Assembly (NCBI GenBank): GCA_977862235.1
Contig: OZ374565.1
Coordinates: 496,001-560,000 of the forward strand
From: Dudresnaya verticillata
Taxonomy: Eukaryota
Length of the DNA: 64,000 nt
Direction: 5' to 3'
Part shown: positions 1-11,409 of the stretch, piece by piece
Position numbering within the stretch: the stretch's first letter is position 1
Layout: every line of letters begins with the position of its first letter
Program-made: the position numbers and the translations under genes
Notes under the pieces: generated by a model
The model's database searches: none
What the model was told of the DNA's origin: nothing
The model's input: the letters and a program-made list of their open reading frames with translations, nothing else

Positions 1-228
1 TTGACTAGTTGCGGGGCAATCCCGGGGACGTCTGCAATATGTCCAAACGGCAGGTAGCATTCCACACTGCCGTTAGAGCTTCCCGATTTTCCTTGCTCGG
101 TGGCCTGGTCTTGAGGCCCACCCTTTGCGGCTGTGGTAACAGAATTAGATGGTACCTGTACCGACACTATGAAATGTTTCGCTTGCTCATCTGCAGAGGT
201 GATGTGGCCACCTACAACCTGACCCAGG

Positions 229-1900
229 CTAAGGGTCTTTTGTTGCAGAAGAGCCTGAAGCACCACGCAAATCCATAGAGATAGTGATGCGCCTTCGCGG
301 AGAGTCAATCTTAGTTAGTTTGACAAACACTGTCTGTCCGACAGGGTATACTTCTTTGATATCTGCCAACTGCTCAGCTTGAGTCTTGTTCGTGTCAATG
401 CAAAGCTCGCGAATTGGTGAAAGACCTGCCATGTCTTCACAAAAGCAACAAGAACAGACCCGAAATCCAACACTTTGATAACAGATCCCGTGAAAATGCC
501 TTTGGTCGATCAGGTTCAACCAAGTCATCTTCGGATGATCTCCTTTTGCTAACGACAAGCGACTTCTCGGCCTGCTCGAAGGGAGTAAGAAGTGGATACT
601 TCGGGGAAAATAGGGACTTCTTCGCAGATAAATAGGTCTTTCCCCTTCCCACGTCGATACCAATGGCTCTGCAACGTATCGTTGCTCCTATCCGCAAATT
701 CTCCAGCATGGCCATTCGCTTCGGGGTCATCGGTACAATAGAAAGGTGTGCTGCTTGGGTAATACCAAGCAGGTGCGAGTCACCAGCCACAGCTACCGTA
801 ACGGCACCCATCGTGGTGTGACTCATCACCTTGCAATCATACAAAGCGCCGACCTCAATCTCCTCAATGGAAAGAGCTTTGCGTGCCAGAATACTTCGTC
901 GGAGGACGATGTTAACAAGCCCATCGAATCGTGGCACCGAAATAACCCTCGCACCATCTTCAACGATCATGCCGGGGTGGTACCTTGATTCGAGTTTGAC
1001 ATCTTTCGAGTCTGAAACTCTGCTTATGTGAGCAAACACTGGTACAGTACGTGCATTCCAATATTATCCCCAGCGAATTTGGCAGTGTCTTCATCTTTAA
1101 GAGTTTCTTCTGCTCCTTCCGCACCGACATAGCTCATTATGAGGCCAGACCCGGGTTTCACTCTTTCGACTTTCAGCCGTTTCATGAAACTGCCTATCTT
1201 CCACGACTGCGGCACTTCCCGAGGGCGTAGTTCGTCGACCAGCGAAGGTAGCAGTGAAGAGGCAATGCGCTTCTGCGAGGGGTCCACGTAGAAAATCCGC
1301 GCCGTTACCAGCTTGCCGACGTCAACATCCCATGTCCCATCCGCCCTTCGCGGAACATGGGACGCATCAACAGACAACTTGGACACCGAAAACGCAGTCA
1401 AGGCAACCCCCCAGGACCCTCCTTAACGACGCGTGCGGGAACTACCATACCGGCGGTGAGCTCACTGTACGTAAGCCCAGCGGTATCTTCAACGCACGCC
1501 TTGATAACCTTCTTCTTCAGTTCCGACACATTGACGACCACGGGCAACACTGGACCGTTCTTCCGTTTCTTCTTCCGAGATACATCCGCTTCCACAACAA
1601 CTTCCACCGGACTACCCATGCGCAATTCCCCCTCGCTCTCGTCGAACGGAAGAAAGGCCGTGTGCGGCACACCAGACCCGAACGTCAATACATAACCATG
1701 GTCCTCAACCGAGCGCACAACTGCGTACAGCGGGGACCCGCGGCGCGTGACGCGCTTTTCGGACAGGCCGGCATTAACGAGCCCCGGATTCATGGAAACA
1801 GTCAGGGCGCGCTTTCCATGGGCATTATGCTCGTTCGAAACAACAGCCACACGCACAGTCTCCCCCGTGCTGACCGCCTCGCATAGGGCGAAGTGGACTG
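229..1900 (-). pseudogene. RRP5: Frameshifted fragment of rRNA biogenesis protein RRP5 (tandem S1 domains)
   Basis: Consecutive minus-strand ORF pieces (1398-2168, 1024-1401, 437-1039, 229-663) read as S1-repeat protein, e.g. LTVSMNPGLVNAGL...VVRSVEDHGYVLTFG, VFAHISRVSD, YPVGQTVFVKLTKIDSPRRRITISM. Frame changes at about 1400, 1045 and 480. Could be a pseudogene or indel errors. Confidence 0.75.
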
Positions 1901-2861
1901 CGCAGAGAATTCTGTTCGGGTGACTACTGCGAGGAGAGTGACACCGGGGGCAAGATGGGAGTGTCTCAGCGAGAGGCCGGTGCGGGTTACAGGGAGCGGC
2001 GGGTCTGCGTGGTCCGCGGACGGATTTCGTCGTGCGCGTCGGGCGCGTACGCTTGGACAGAGGTCGCCTTCGGACGAGGGCCTCGGTGCTGGCTTGTTGC
2101 GTGATGGCGCCATGTCGTCTCGGACGGGCGCGGGTTGAGGGCGTTGGGGGCGTCTGGGGGGTGAGCACACGGTTGGCAGTTGGGGGGGAGCAGGAGAGGA
2201 TATGGTCGGATCAAAAAGCTGAAGGACGGCGAGACCCAAGCGAGAAGTGGGCAAACAACCCCAGTGGGGAAAAACCTTGAAAAATGTAGAACCGTCGTAC
2301 CTGTCGGGAGTCGAACCCGGTTTCCGGAAATCAACGACAGCGCCGAAACCACTGTGCCACACGTCCGCCTCCGCGCGCGTATATGGGGCCGACGCGCCGG
2401 CGGTGGCGGAGACGATGTGATATGATTGAAATTACAGAGAGACTTGGCTTACACGATCTTGCGTGTTTAGCGGTGACTGGTTTCATTGCCGGTCCAATGA
2501 TGTCCGTGTGTGTCGACTGACAAGATACACGGCAGGTCGGTTGCCCTTCGCCCTTCTCATGATGTCAACAACTACGACTAAGCCTCAGCAACCTCTCGTT
2601 AGTTTCATGCAGTGCAGCAATTCAAACATGCAGTCCCTAACGTACACAGTGCGGTTCCAGAAAGCACATCATCGGAGCAGTAGTCCCACAATGAAAATGA
2701 CTGGCACAACAAAGGAAATTTATTACGTGTAAAAGAGAAATGGTGAAGATAAATTCTTCACGCTTACTTCAAAAGGAGCCCTACAAAGCTCCGAGAGTTG
2801 GGCTTTCTTAGACCCGTGCGAAAGGTGAAAACCCGCCGATTGTTCGATATCCATAACCTTG

Positions 2862-4928
2862 TTAAGCAAGCTTGAATACCACGCAGTAATTAGGAGAGTT
2901 CGAAGTTCCTCGGACACGGAAAATAACTTTCAGGCACTTCCTGTCAATCCTCTCGAACGGCCGCGGGTCAAAACGATTCGGCACAACCGCGTACTGCCCA
3001 TAGCGGGAAGATGCCGCAAATAGCTTCCCTTTCGCTCGAGTCTCCTGGCCATTGGGTTTCACAAATACAGTGCGCAATATTGCAGAGCGCAACACCCCGG
3101 GATGCCTCCCATCGAGCAAGTTCACAACAGGCGGTGTGAACTTCTTCTTGAATATCGGCTCACCAGGAATCAGAAACGCTGGAATCCCAGTCGGGAATGT
3201 ATGGAATCGCAGCAAGCAGTGGTAGCTTGCGCTTCTACATGCGTCTTTAAGCGGTGCGGGTGTTGGGGCAGCAGCTCCCAAACAAAGATCTCCAGCCAAC
3301 TTATTCACTTGCGAAGAGAGCACTGCGAATGAAGGTGCACGCAGAGCGAAGCTGGGACTTGATGCCAGATCTTCTAGGTACTTTCCGGCCACTCCGTTTC
3401 CAATTCCGACAGTAAGAATTGCTATTCCGTGGCTCTTCACTGACGCTGATATATTGGTTACCCGAGGAACGGCATTGTCCCTTCCGTCTGTTACCACGAC
3501 GAGAAGTTTCGTCCCTTTCCTTGGGTGCAGATCATTGAAGCATGCCTGAACACCAGCAAACATGTTCGTGTATCCAATCGTCCCCTTCAGAGCTGTGATA
3601 GCAGGCATGAACTGTTGCAATCTCTGCATAGTCATAGTGCGGACCGATTTCGCCCGAATATTGAAGGTGTGAGCAGAGTAATAAGCCATAGGACTCCTCA
3701 AGGCGACCTGCCTGGAGGTTTCCCGCACAAATTCCTTCTCCATTTCAAGTTCAGCGGCGCTCATCGATCGACTGTTGTCAATTGCGAAACAAACGTTGTC
3801 GACAGGGCAAGGCGTCGGTGATGGCGACACAGATGGGGTGACAGAGGTTGATGGGGTGGCAGAGGTTGATGGGGTGGCAGAGGTTGATGGAGTCGGTGAT
3901 GGCGACCCAGATGGGGTGACAGAGGTTGATGGGGTGGCAGAGGTTGATGGAGTCGGTGATGGCGACCCAGATGGGATGACAGAGGTTGATGGGGTGACAG
4001 ACGTTGATGGAGTCGGTGATGGCGACCCAGATGGGATGACAGAGGTTGATGGGGTGACAGACGTTGATGGAGTCGGTGATGGCGACCCAGATGGGATGAC
4101 AGAGGTTGATGGGGTGGCAGACGTTGATGGAGTCGGTGATGGCGACCCAGATGGGGTGACAGAGGTTGATGGGGTGGCAGAGGTTGATGAAGTCGGTGAT
4201 GGCGATACAGATGGGGTGGCAGCGGTTGATGAAGTGGGTGAGGCAGTTGGTGTAATTGTAGGCGTAGGGCTTGTTGTCGGGCAGGGAGAAGTCATCGAGA
4301 CTTGGCACGAAGCCTTCGTAGCTTGTTGAATGACAGAAGCCAAGTTTCCGAACCTTGCGTTGATGTAGAATGCCGGACTGCTGGCAACTTGTTTCAGAAA
4401 GGCTTCGCTTATGCCACTGCCGATGCCTATTGTGACAATGGCAATACCATTCCTAGTCTTCAAGGAATTGGCAAAAGATCGGGTTGACGAAGGATTCCTA
4501 TCAACTCCATCAGTCAGGACCACAACCACACGGTTTCCGGCTGTTCCAACAAGCGACCTACAGACTGCTAAGCCACTCGCAATGTTCGTTCCTCCAGCGG
4601 TTTGGGTTGTGCTCTGGATTGCATTCTTGAAACTGGAAATGCTTGAGGTACTAGTAGACACCGTGCGAGCACCATTTGAAAAAGAAGCTGCGCTGTACCT
4701 AACAATTGCCCCTGGGTTTGCAGCAGCAACAGCATCAGCGAACGATGAAACAAAGCCCTTCTGCTCTAGAAATTGGGGGGAAGTGATCGATCCACTCTCA
4801 TCCAATGCGAAACACACATGTTGAATGGAACAAGTCGTTGTCCCCGTTCCGCATGGCGGCGGAGATGCAGCTTTTGCGCTGGAAATGATTCCAAGCAAAA
4901 CACAGAGCAAAGAAAAGAACGTCTTCAT
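2862..4928 (-). CDS. Secreted protein with two von Willebrand factor A domains separated by a Ser/Thr/Pro-rich repeat linker (688 aa)
   Basis: Signal peptide MKTFFSLLCVLLGIISSAKA. VWA1 has MIDAS DESGS...GTN...LTDG; VWA2 has DNSRS...YTN...VTDG. Intact single-exon ORF. A TATATAA lies upstream on the minus strand at about 5068-5074. Confidence 0.9.
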   Translation of the reverse strand: MKTFFSLLCVLLGIISSAKAASPPPCGTGTTTCSIQHVCFALDESGSITSPQFLEQKGFVSSFADAVAAANPGAIVRYSAASFSNGARTVSTSTSSISSFKNAIQSTTQTAGGTNIASGLAVCRSLVGTAGNRVVVVLTDGVDRNPSSTRSFANSLKTRNGIAIVTIGIGSGISEAFLKQVASSPAFYINARFGNLASVIQQATKASCQVSMTSPCPTTSPTPTITPTASPTSSTAATPSVSPSPTSSTSATPSTSVTPSGSPSPTPSTSATPSTSVIPSGSPSPTPSTSVTPSTSVIPSGSPSPTPSTSVTPSTSVIPSGSPSPTPSTSATPSTSVTPSGSPSPTPSTSATPSTSATPSTSVTPSVSPSPTPCPVDNVCFAIDNSRSMSAAELEMEKEFVRETSRQVALRSPMAYYSAHTFNIRAKSVRTMTMQRLQQFMPAITALKGTIGYTNMFAGVQACFNDLHPRKGTKLLVVVTDGRDNAVPRVTNISASVKSHGIAILTVGIGNGVAGKYLEDLASSPSFALRAPSFAVLSSQVNKLAGDLCLGAAAPTPAPLKDACRSASYHCLLRFHTFPTGIPAFLIPGEPIFKKKFTPPVVNLLDGRHPGVLRSAILRTVFVKPNGQETRAKGKLFAASSRYGQYAVVPNRFDPRPFERIDRKCLKVIFRVRGTSNSPNYCVVFKLA
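3810..4240 (-). repeat. Coding minisatellite: 60-bp (20-aa, TPSTSATPSTSVTPSGSPSP-like) units built from 18-bp subunits
   Basis: Lines 3901-4200 repeat with a period of exactly 60 bp (ggcgacccagatggg...gtcggtgat). Confidence 0.95.
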
Positions 4929-6276
4929 GCTACCTCTTAAACAGATGGAGAGGTTGCGCTTACGAATTAAATCCCAGAAACGAAGCCAACACTCTGTGTG
5001 TCGGCCGATAACAGTCTGAACACTTTCCCTGAAGCCAGAGCCCCTTGAGTTCAGAAGGGTCTTAGTCTTATATACTGTCTTATTTGAAAGACTTCCCTGA
5101 TATCTTAGATGTTACGTCGGAGCAGAAGTTTTCACCATCTATCGACACATTCAAGACGATAGGTTTATACCGACCACGGGTTTATTTAAAATGTTTATGT
5201 ACCTAGTCAATCGCCAACGATTTCCTGCTTATTGCAGGTTTTTCTTAATAGAAGAAACAATGCCAATCGACTAGCGTTCTGCTTGTAACGTCGCCATGCC
5301 CCCCTCTGATGCAGGAAACTTGTTCGAAACTGTGAAGTGCTGCACAGTAAGGCACAGGAAGGTACGTAAAAGCAGCAAATCTACAAAAAATGGTGCCTAG
5401 TCTTCCCATGGATTCAGAGAGGTCATTAGATAGACATCTGCGGGGAAGAGTAAGAAGGACATCCAAGTCTGTATAATAAATTGGCAAAACTGGCAATGCC
5501 GTAGTCCATAATTTAGGAAGCTCTTCGAAATGGTGAGGCACTGTTATGCATGCACTACATTTACAGGATGTGTAGAATATATAAGAAAGAACGCGGTCGT
5601 GGTGCATGAGATAACTCACAAACCTTATTGAAAATGCACATTTTACACAATGAGCCTCCAGAGAGACTGGTCACTGAACCAGACTCGTTCATTACTGCAG
5701 GGAGGGTCGATGTAGAAAGCGAGAGACCGCGTTGGGGTATCTGCCTGATTGTAGCGCGGCATTGCTCACCATCTGTCACAGAGTACAGTACGTCACTATC
5801 GCGAGCGCTGATTATTATATCCCGATTTTTTCTGCAATAAGTATTAAACGTGTTAGAATCCAGAAATGCATCTTTCGCTGCCTGTGGAACAGCAGTACCA
5901 AGAGGCAGTCAATCCGATGCATGGCGCTTATGTACAAAATGGCACCTCTGATTAAACTGGTAGAAGGCGTTTCTGCTGGGTATATACGTCACTTGCGGCG
6001 TAACAGAACTGCATTACCGCACAAATTGAAACCCGAACGGCGGGGCCTTAAAATAGCTGCTTCAGTACTCCTCGAGATTCATCGACATGACCTATTGCAA
6101 ACGGAGACCTGATTACAAAACAAGAAAAAAACAACAGGAGACTCAACAGGGGCGGGCTCACCCGTCCCCTGTAATTTCATTATTGTATTGAGAGAGACCT
6201 TTATTAAAGAACAAGAGTTTATTGTACTGTGTAATCGGCAGGGGGTCTTCCTAGGACACATCTCTTTTCGCACATA

Positions 6277-6326
6277 AGCCCATCAATCGACCGTGTGAAC
6301 GTTAAACAACAAATAAAATACAACAA
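6277..6326 (+). mobile_element. 50-bp extremely 5'-truncated non-LTR retroelement tail with 6-bp TSD CACATA
   Basis: Absent from the duplicated copy (empty site tatgtg at 53111-53116). Flanked by cacata (6271-6276 and 6327-6332). Its last 24 nt are identical to the LINE tail at 59455-59478. Confidence 0.85.
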
Positions 6327-7514
6327 CACATAGAAATTGCTCTTGTTGCGAAACCAATCGACAGTTTTATAAAATGCTCACCCTTTTCTGCAACATGTCG
6401 TTTTAATTCTAATATTATTGCAATCTGTGTCGTTCTGTTGTCTACACTGCAGGATCGCGTGCTACGGCGTCGGTGGCGTCGAGAGCGGCGCGGCGCATTG
6501 TGCGCGGCGCGCGTGAGCGGGGCCGGCGGGGCGAAGGCCGCGCGCGAGCGACTCGCCGCCATGGTTGCTCGCGGTCGGACGGGGGGAGGGGGCGGGGGGG
6601 ACGCGCGAGCTGAGCTCGGCACGACGGGCGCGGCGCGAGGCTGATCTGCGCGTTGGGGCGGGGAGTGAGAGCTCGCGGCGCGGCATCGGCACGAACGGCG
6701 CCGCTGCGGTGCGCGGCGCGCGCGCATTGGTCGAGGCGCGGGGCGATTGGAGTGTTTCTGTGAAGGGTTCTCGCTGCCGCGTTGCACACGTGTATCGAGC
6801 GTTTCTTGTGTGACCTGCCATGAAGGCTTCATTGCAGGCATCGCGCAGACGCTCCTTGTGCCCACTATGCACTACCACTCTCACAATCCGCGCAAGGTCC
6901 GGAATGCTGCAAAGTAGACCTCCGGAAGCATTCCCTCACTTACAAAACACCGGCACCCTCCGCGGCACCGCCTTCCTTTCGTTCACAGCACTTTCGATAC
7001 CACCCCAATTCCACTTTTGTTAGTCGACAACTTTGCGTGCTTCCATGCTCCTCATTCCGCAGCCTGCTCAACCTCGTTCTATCACTCGGATCGACCATCT
7101 CATTCTTCAAACGTTCACCGAGGCAATAAAGTTGACAAATTCTCTCGAGTTCCTATTTTCAATACTACCCATGGGAAGCAAAACAATATCACTCCCATAA
7201 AGAGAGTCGCGAGATTTAGCTTTGCACCGCAGTAACCGTAGGCCCCTTCATTGTTCAATGCCAATTAACTCCAACAAAGGGCATGATGACCAACCTTAGT
7301 GGTCTTTCCATCATTTCCATTCAGAAAATCCATACCATAAGAATCCCCTCGACAGAGCTGCTCGCTCCCTTGTGCTTGTGCTACCTCATATCAACTCCCC
7401 ATCCGATCCGACCCTGTAGCAACCTCCAACGTTTCCCGCATGTTCCTCGGCTGCAAGGGCTCGTCACTGAAAAAAGAAACGGATTACCTTGCTTGACATA
7501 ACTCTGCATCGATA

Positions 7515-8099
7515 ATGACTACTGATGCATGGCTTGAAAGACTCAATCCGGAGGGAGAAGAGGTCTACAACCTGATTAACAGTGCCGAAGAGGAATATTT
7601 GCGATATTTATCCGCAAAGGCACATCACGCCCCGCTTCCCTTAGAAGAATATCATCTTGTCTATTCTGCGCTATCACGAGCACTACGATGCCAGCAGCGT
7701 CTGGTTCTGCTTGGGGTCAACGTCATGGAAAACTTCTTGGCCTCCGGAACACTCAACATTGTTGAAAACCAAATCAACCTCCACGCTGCTCCATCGCGTA
7801 GAATTTCATATCCGCCATTGAGGAACAATGCGCAGAAAATTGCCAGTGATACGCAAATGAAGAGAATCCAGAACACAAAACATGCCTTCAAAGCCTACAT
7901 CTTCGCGAAGGACACCAGTCAAAAGAATAACCTCATCGCACAGCACTACATCAAGGACGCCACCGAAAATCTGTTGAAGGTCATCAACGATTTGCATCAG
8001 ATGTTCAAACTTGCGGGGAGGAAGGCTGAAGCGATACAAAAGTCGAAAGAAGCGCTTGGATACAATGAAAGTCGTATTTCTCGAGTCGAACGGCTGTAA
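7515..8099 (+). CDS. Hypothetical protein (194 aa, probably alpha-helical)
   Basis: ATG-initiated, uninterrupted ORF with protein-like composition; no recognisable motif. Confidence 0.45.
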   Translation: MTTDAWLERLNPEGEEVYNLINSAEEEYLRYLSAKAHHAPLPLEEYHLVYSALSRALRCQQRLVLLGVNVMENFLASGTLNIVENQINLHAAPSRRISYPPLRNNAQKIASDTQMKRIQNTKHAFKAYIFAKDTSQKNNLIAQHYIKDATENLLKVINDLHQMFKLAGRKAEAIQKSKEALGYNESRISRVERL

Positions 8100-9718
8100 C
8101 ACCCCAACAATGTGGAACGGGTTTGAAGAGCCGTAGTAGCTACTACAGTAACAACGTACCAATCTACCGAGATCATGGAAAGGCATGAGAAACTCTAAGC
8201 TCCCTGGTCTTTCCCTTATGCGGGACAAACATAATCAAGATAGCTTTTCTTGACCCGAGTACACTTTGCCTACCTCGGTAATGATGTGAGGTCGTAGTGG
8301 CTGTTAACCGCCGTGCACTCTTTGACCGTCGCCTTTCACATGAATTGTAAGTAGGTCCCCTTAAGGGCTGTAGTCTTACCTATGCATGAAGGGCTCCCTC
8401 ATCATATTGTTTGCTTGTTTAGGCCAGGGCTTTGTCATGTACTATTGCGGTCTATTTTTCGTCAGTATTGACAATATGCAGTAATATTGCAATACTGAGA
8501 GAAAGGGCAATATTTATTGCTATTTGGTCCAATGTTTCACCAGATCGATTCCTCATATGCTATATGAAATATTCAGTCCAACGAGTCGGTATCACTATCA
8601 TAGTATTGGTGACATTGATGTAGTAGACAGCACCCGCACCAACAGCATTAGTAGAATGTTGTCTGTCCAGTGTTCTCTCGATGACATATGAATGCAATCT
8701 TAGGCATTCGTTACTGTTTGGGTGCACTCCGACATATTCTATGAACAATTCCACGATACTTAACATATGCAGTGCAAGAGAGCAAACGTCTGGCCTTGGT
8801 AACTACTCTTGCTGTCGTTTTAAAGTGGACTCTTTTCTGTGTGTGAATCGTTTGATGCGTGTGTGTTGTGTCGTGCTGTCTATGTATGAACAGCCGAGGC
8901 TATGTAGAGCCTCTTCGCCACAACAAAATACTACGAAAGGAATGTATCTGAGATATACTGGCACTACGAGCTGTCACAACGCTAGCGGTATATTATTGCC
9001 GTAGCTTTGGTGACACTCTACTATCAGAATGCAGCTGCAGTATTCGTGGAGTGCACTCTCTTACATGCAATACTTAGACAACTGCCCTATACATACATAT
9101 ATATCTACTATTGAGATATATATTCAACTATATAAATAGTAGCATCTTTTTAGTCTGAAGACTATTTCCATAATGGCCTCGTTCTTTTCGTAATGGAACT
9201 GATACGGCGTTACCAGGAGCACTGTTCCTTAACACAAGCAGCATTTCTTATCTCTCAACTTTTAATTCCTTAAAAGAAATACGTCAGCAGGCTGTCGACA
9301 TCAAGAAAGAGACGACCGCATTTCGAAGCCCAGCATTTGAAGGTTGTCAAGGTACAACCGAGTAAAGGCTTAGAAGCCTTTAGGGTTACGGTACCTAATT
9401 ACAGTGTCTTACACCTGGTGATATCGAAAGTGCAGAGTTTGTATGGATCTGGGGCGAATCAGTAGTTCCGGAGAGAGAGGACGAGTTTGAAGGTCCAGTG
9501 GAAGGTATAGAACGTACCCCATTGTGCACCCATTGCCCGAGAAGCACAAACATACGATTTTATGGCAGTGCAAATCCACAAGGGGTCCCCAATATCTGAT
9601 CTGATTGTCGGCGACAGGCCGTCTGCTCGACATCGCCTGATAGAGCGTGATGCGAGGACGTGAGAATATTAATTTCTATCACAGATTCGAGTCTGTCTGG
9701 GTGTGGTGCAGTTGACAG

Positions 9719-10327
9719 TGTTACACATAGCGCTCGCACTGTTTGGGAGTACTCCCTACAATGGGATCCCAAAGCGCACACGCGACGCTGCAGGGTAATT
9801 CCCTAGAATGGGAGCCTGCTGGGGAACGCACTGCTGAACAATGGCAGACCCCACGGCCGATCATGGCTATCGCGCACAGACCTGGTGAACCTGCACAAGG
9901 CAGAACTGCCGGTCTGACAAGGCGAATTGCGTCCCTTCGGACAACCCTCTACATCTTATTGGCTAACGCTCAGGGTCCCCTGACAACAGGGTTCAGACCT
10001 GAATGACTTTCCGTCCGTCCCCGACCCACTGTGGGACGGCGGGTGTGAACACATCCACCTGTTCAGGTCTATCTGACTTGGAGCGGATCCCGCGAGCATG
10101 CGGGCCACAAATACTGTGGGTCGCTTTGAGCCGTCCGGCTGTAGAAATAATAAAGGCAGCACGCTGGCGTCGAACGACGAAGACGAGGGACAACACACCA
10201 CTCCTCATCCACGCCGTGACTTTGCCCTCCACTTTGCCAACCCCAACTTTCTCTCTACCGACCTTTTACTTTTCCTTTTCGCGTTCGCGATCTACTGCTT
10301 CGAAGGCAAAAGCGGTTACGCGTCACA
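9719..10327 (+). repeat. 5' LTR of gypsy element
   Basis: tgttacacatag...acgcgtcaca; roughly a dozen differences from the 3' LTR by eye. Confidence 0.95.
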
Positions 10328-10682
10328 GTAATTACTTTTCCCCGGAGTAGTTTCGTTTTTGTTGACGAAGCGAGATTGTGCTCACGGTGACCAACACTAG
10401 GAGTGCTACGAATGGATCCAATGCCCAAGATTCATGCACAAAATCCGTGTCCGTCAGACGATCGTCGAAACGGTGGAAGCGCCAACGCTGATAGGACTGT
10501 CAACGTCTGACTTCGTCTTGTTCAAGCACGATCGCGAGATCTATGAACGACGAGTCGCTGAGAAGAATTCGGATCCGAATGTTAAGATCCAGCTTACGAC
10601 CTACAAGGACTCTATTCTACCTGCTGTGCTGGAGATCTTCGCACTAGGTGACTGGGTTCCGATGGACACCGTTGATAACATC

Positions 10683-11409
10683 TGTAGTAGAATGGTTTTG
10701 AAGCCAACAGAGACGGCGACACGGCACGACAGCTGTCCTCAAAGAGCGATCCCGCTCGCGTGGTTGGTAGCTCGGTAAAGGGGTGGTAGAGACTTGAAAG
10801 GGCTTAAAGCCCTAACAAAGGAAAAAGGGAAAGGCGAACCCTGCTGAATAGAGCAATTCGTCGTAAACGACAGGGCTTGTAGACGCCCAAAAGGGAAGTT
10901 GTAGCGGTAGCACCGTAAGCGTCCAAAAAGGGTAAACCCCAAGGCACAGACCGCTGCCGGTTTAGTGCCGGGCCCCTGCTACTCAGGGGCCCCATACATA
11001 CGGCGAGAGCCGAAAAGTGCTACTCGCTCAGTTAGAGCTCTATGGCTAATACTTAGCTAATACTGTACAATACAGGTACGATACATCCTTAGGTAGGAAT
11101 GAGTGGTCAGGCCACAAGGCCCGCGCGGCGCCACTGTCAGGCGCCGTGCGGCAAACATCCGCCAGCAATGCATGGCGCGATGGTGCGGCCATGGTTAATC
11201 CAGAAATGGCACAGGGCCATATCGTCTGGAGCAGTGTGCCCTACAGATCAACTCTGTACACGTGTTGCCTTACAGCGAAGGAGCGTTCCAGCAATGAAAT
11301 CAATCGGAGCACCAGCCATGTCATCCGGGCAGTTGTGCGCCCGTCATTCCTTACAGAGGACTCGTGTCCACGTGGCTCCTTACAGGGCGTCAACGCCCGT
11401 TGTACCACA
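10683..11409. mobile_element. Solo LTR (727 bp) inserted in gypsy gag, TSD ACATC
   Basis: Starts TGTAGTA, ends TACCACA; acatc at 10678-10682 and 11410-11414. Removing it restores the gag frame ...MDTVDNI|TENHLEDCVAKQ. Confidence 0.9.

Larger units (their letters stand above)
2337..6404. repeat. Arm 1 of inverted segmental duplication A (partner 53039-56689)
   Basis: Reverse-complement identity from acagcgccgaaaccactgtgcc (2337) to ...caacatgtcgtttt (about 6404), including the VWA gene and its non-coding flanks. Confidence 0.95.

Noticed and set aside
3775..4329. CRISPR-like array, or antisense ORFs (DGVGDG.. / CHPINL..)
   Set aside because: No unique spacers; it is the coding repeat of the VWA gene and the other frames are its shadows.
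6440..6800. Overlapping ORFs in the GC-rich island
   Set aside because: Stop-poor GC-rich sequence open in many frames; more likely promoter-like or non-coding.
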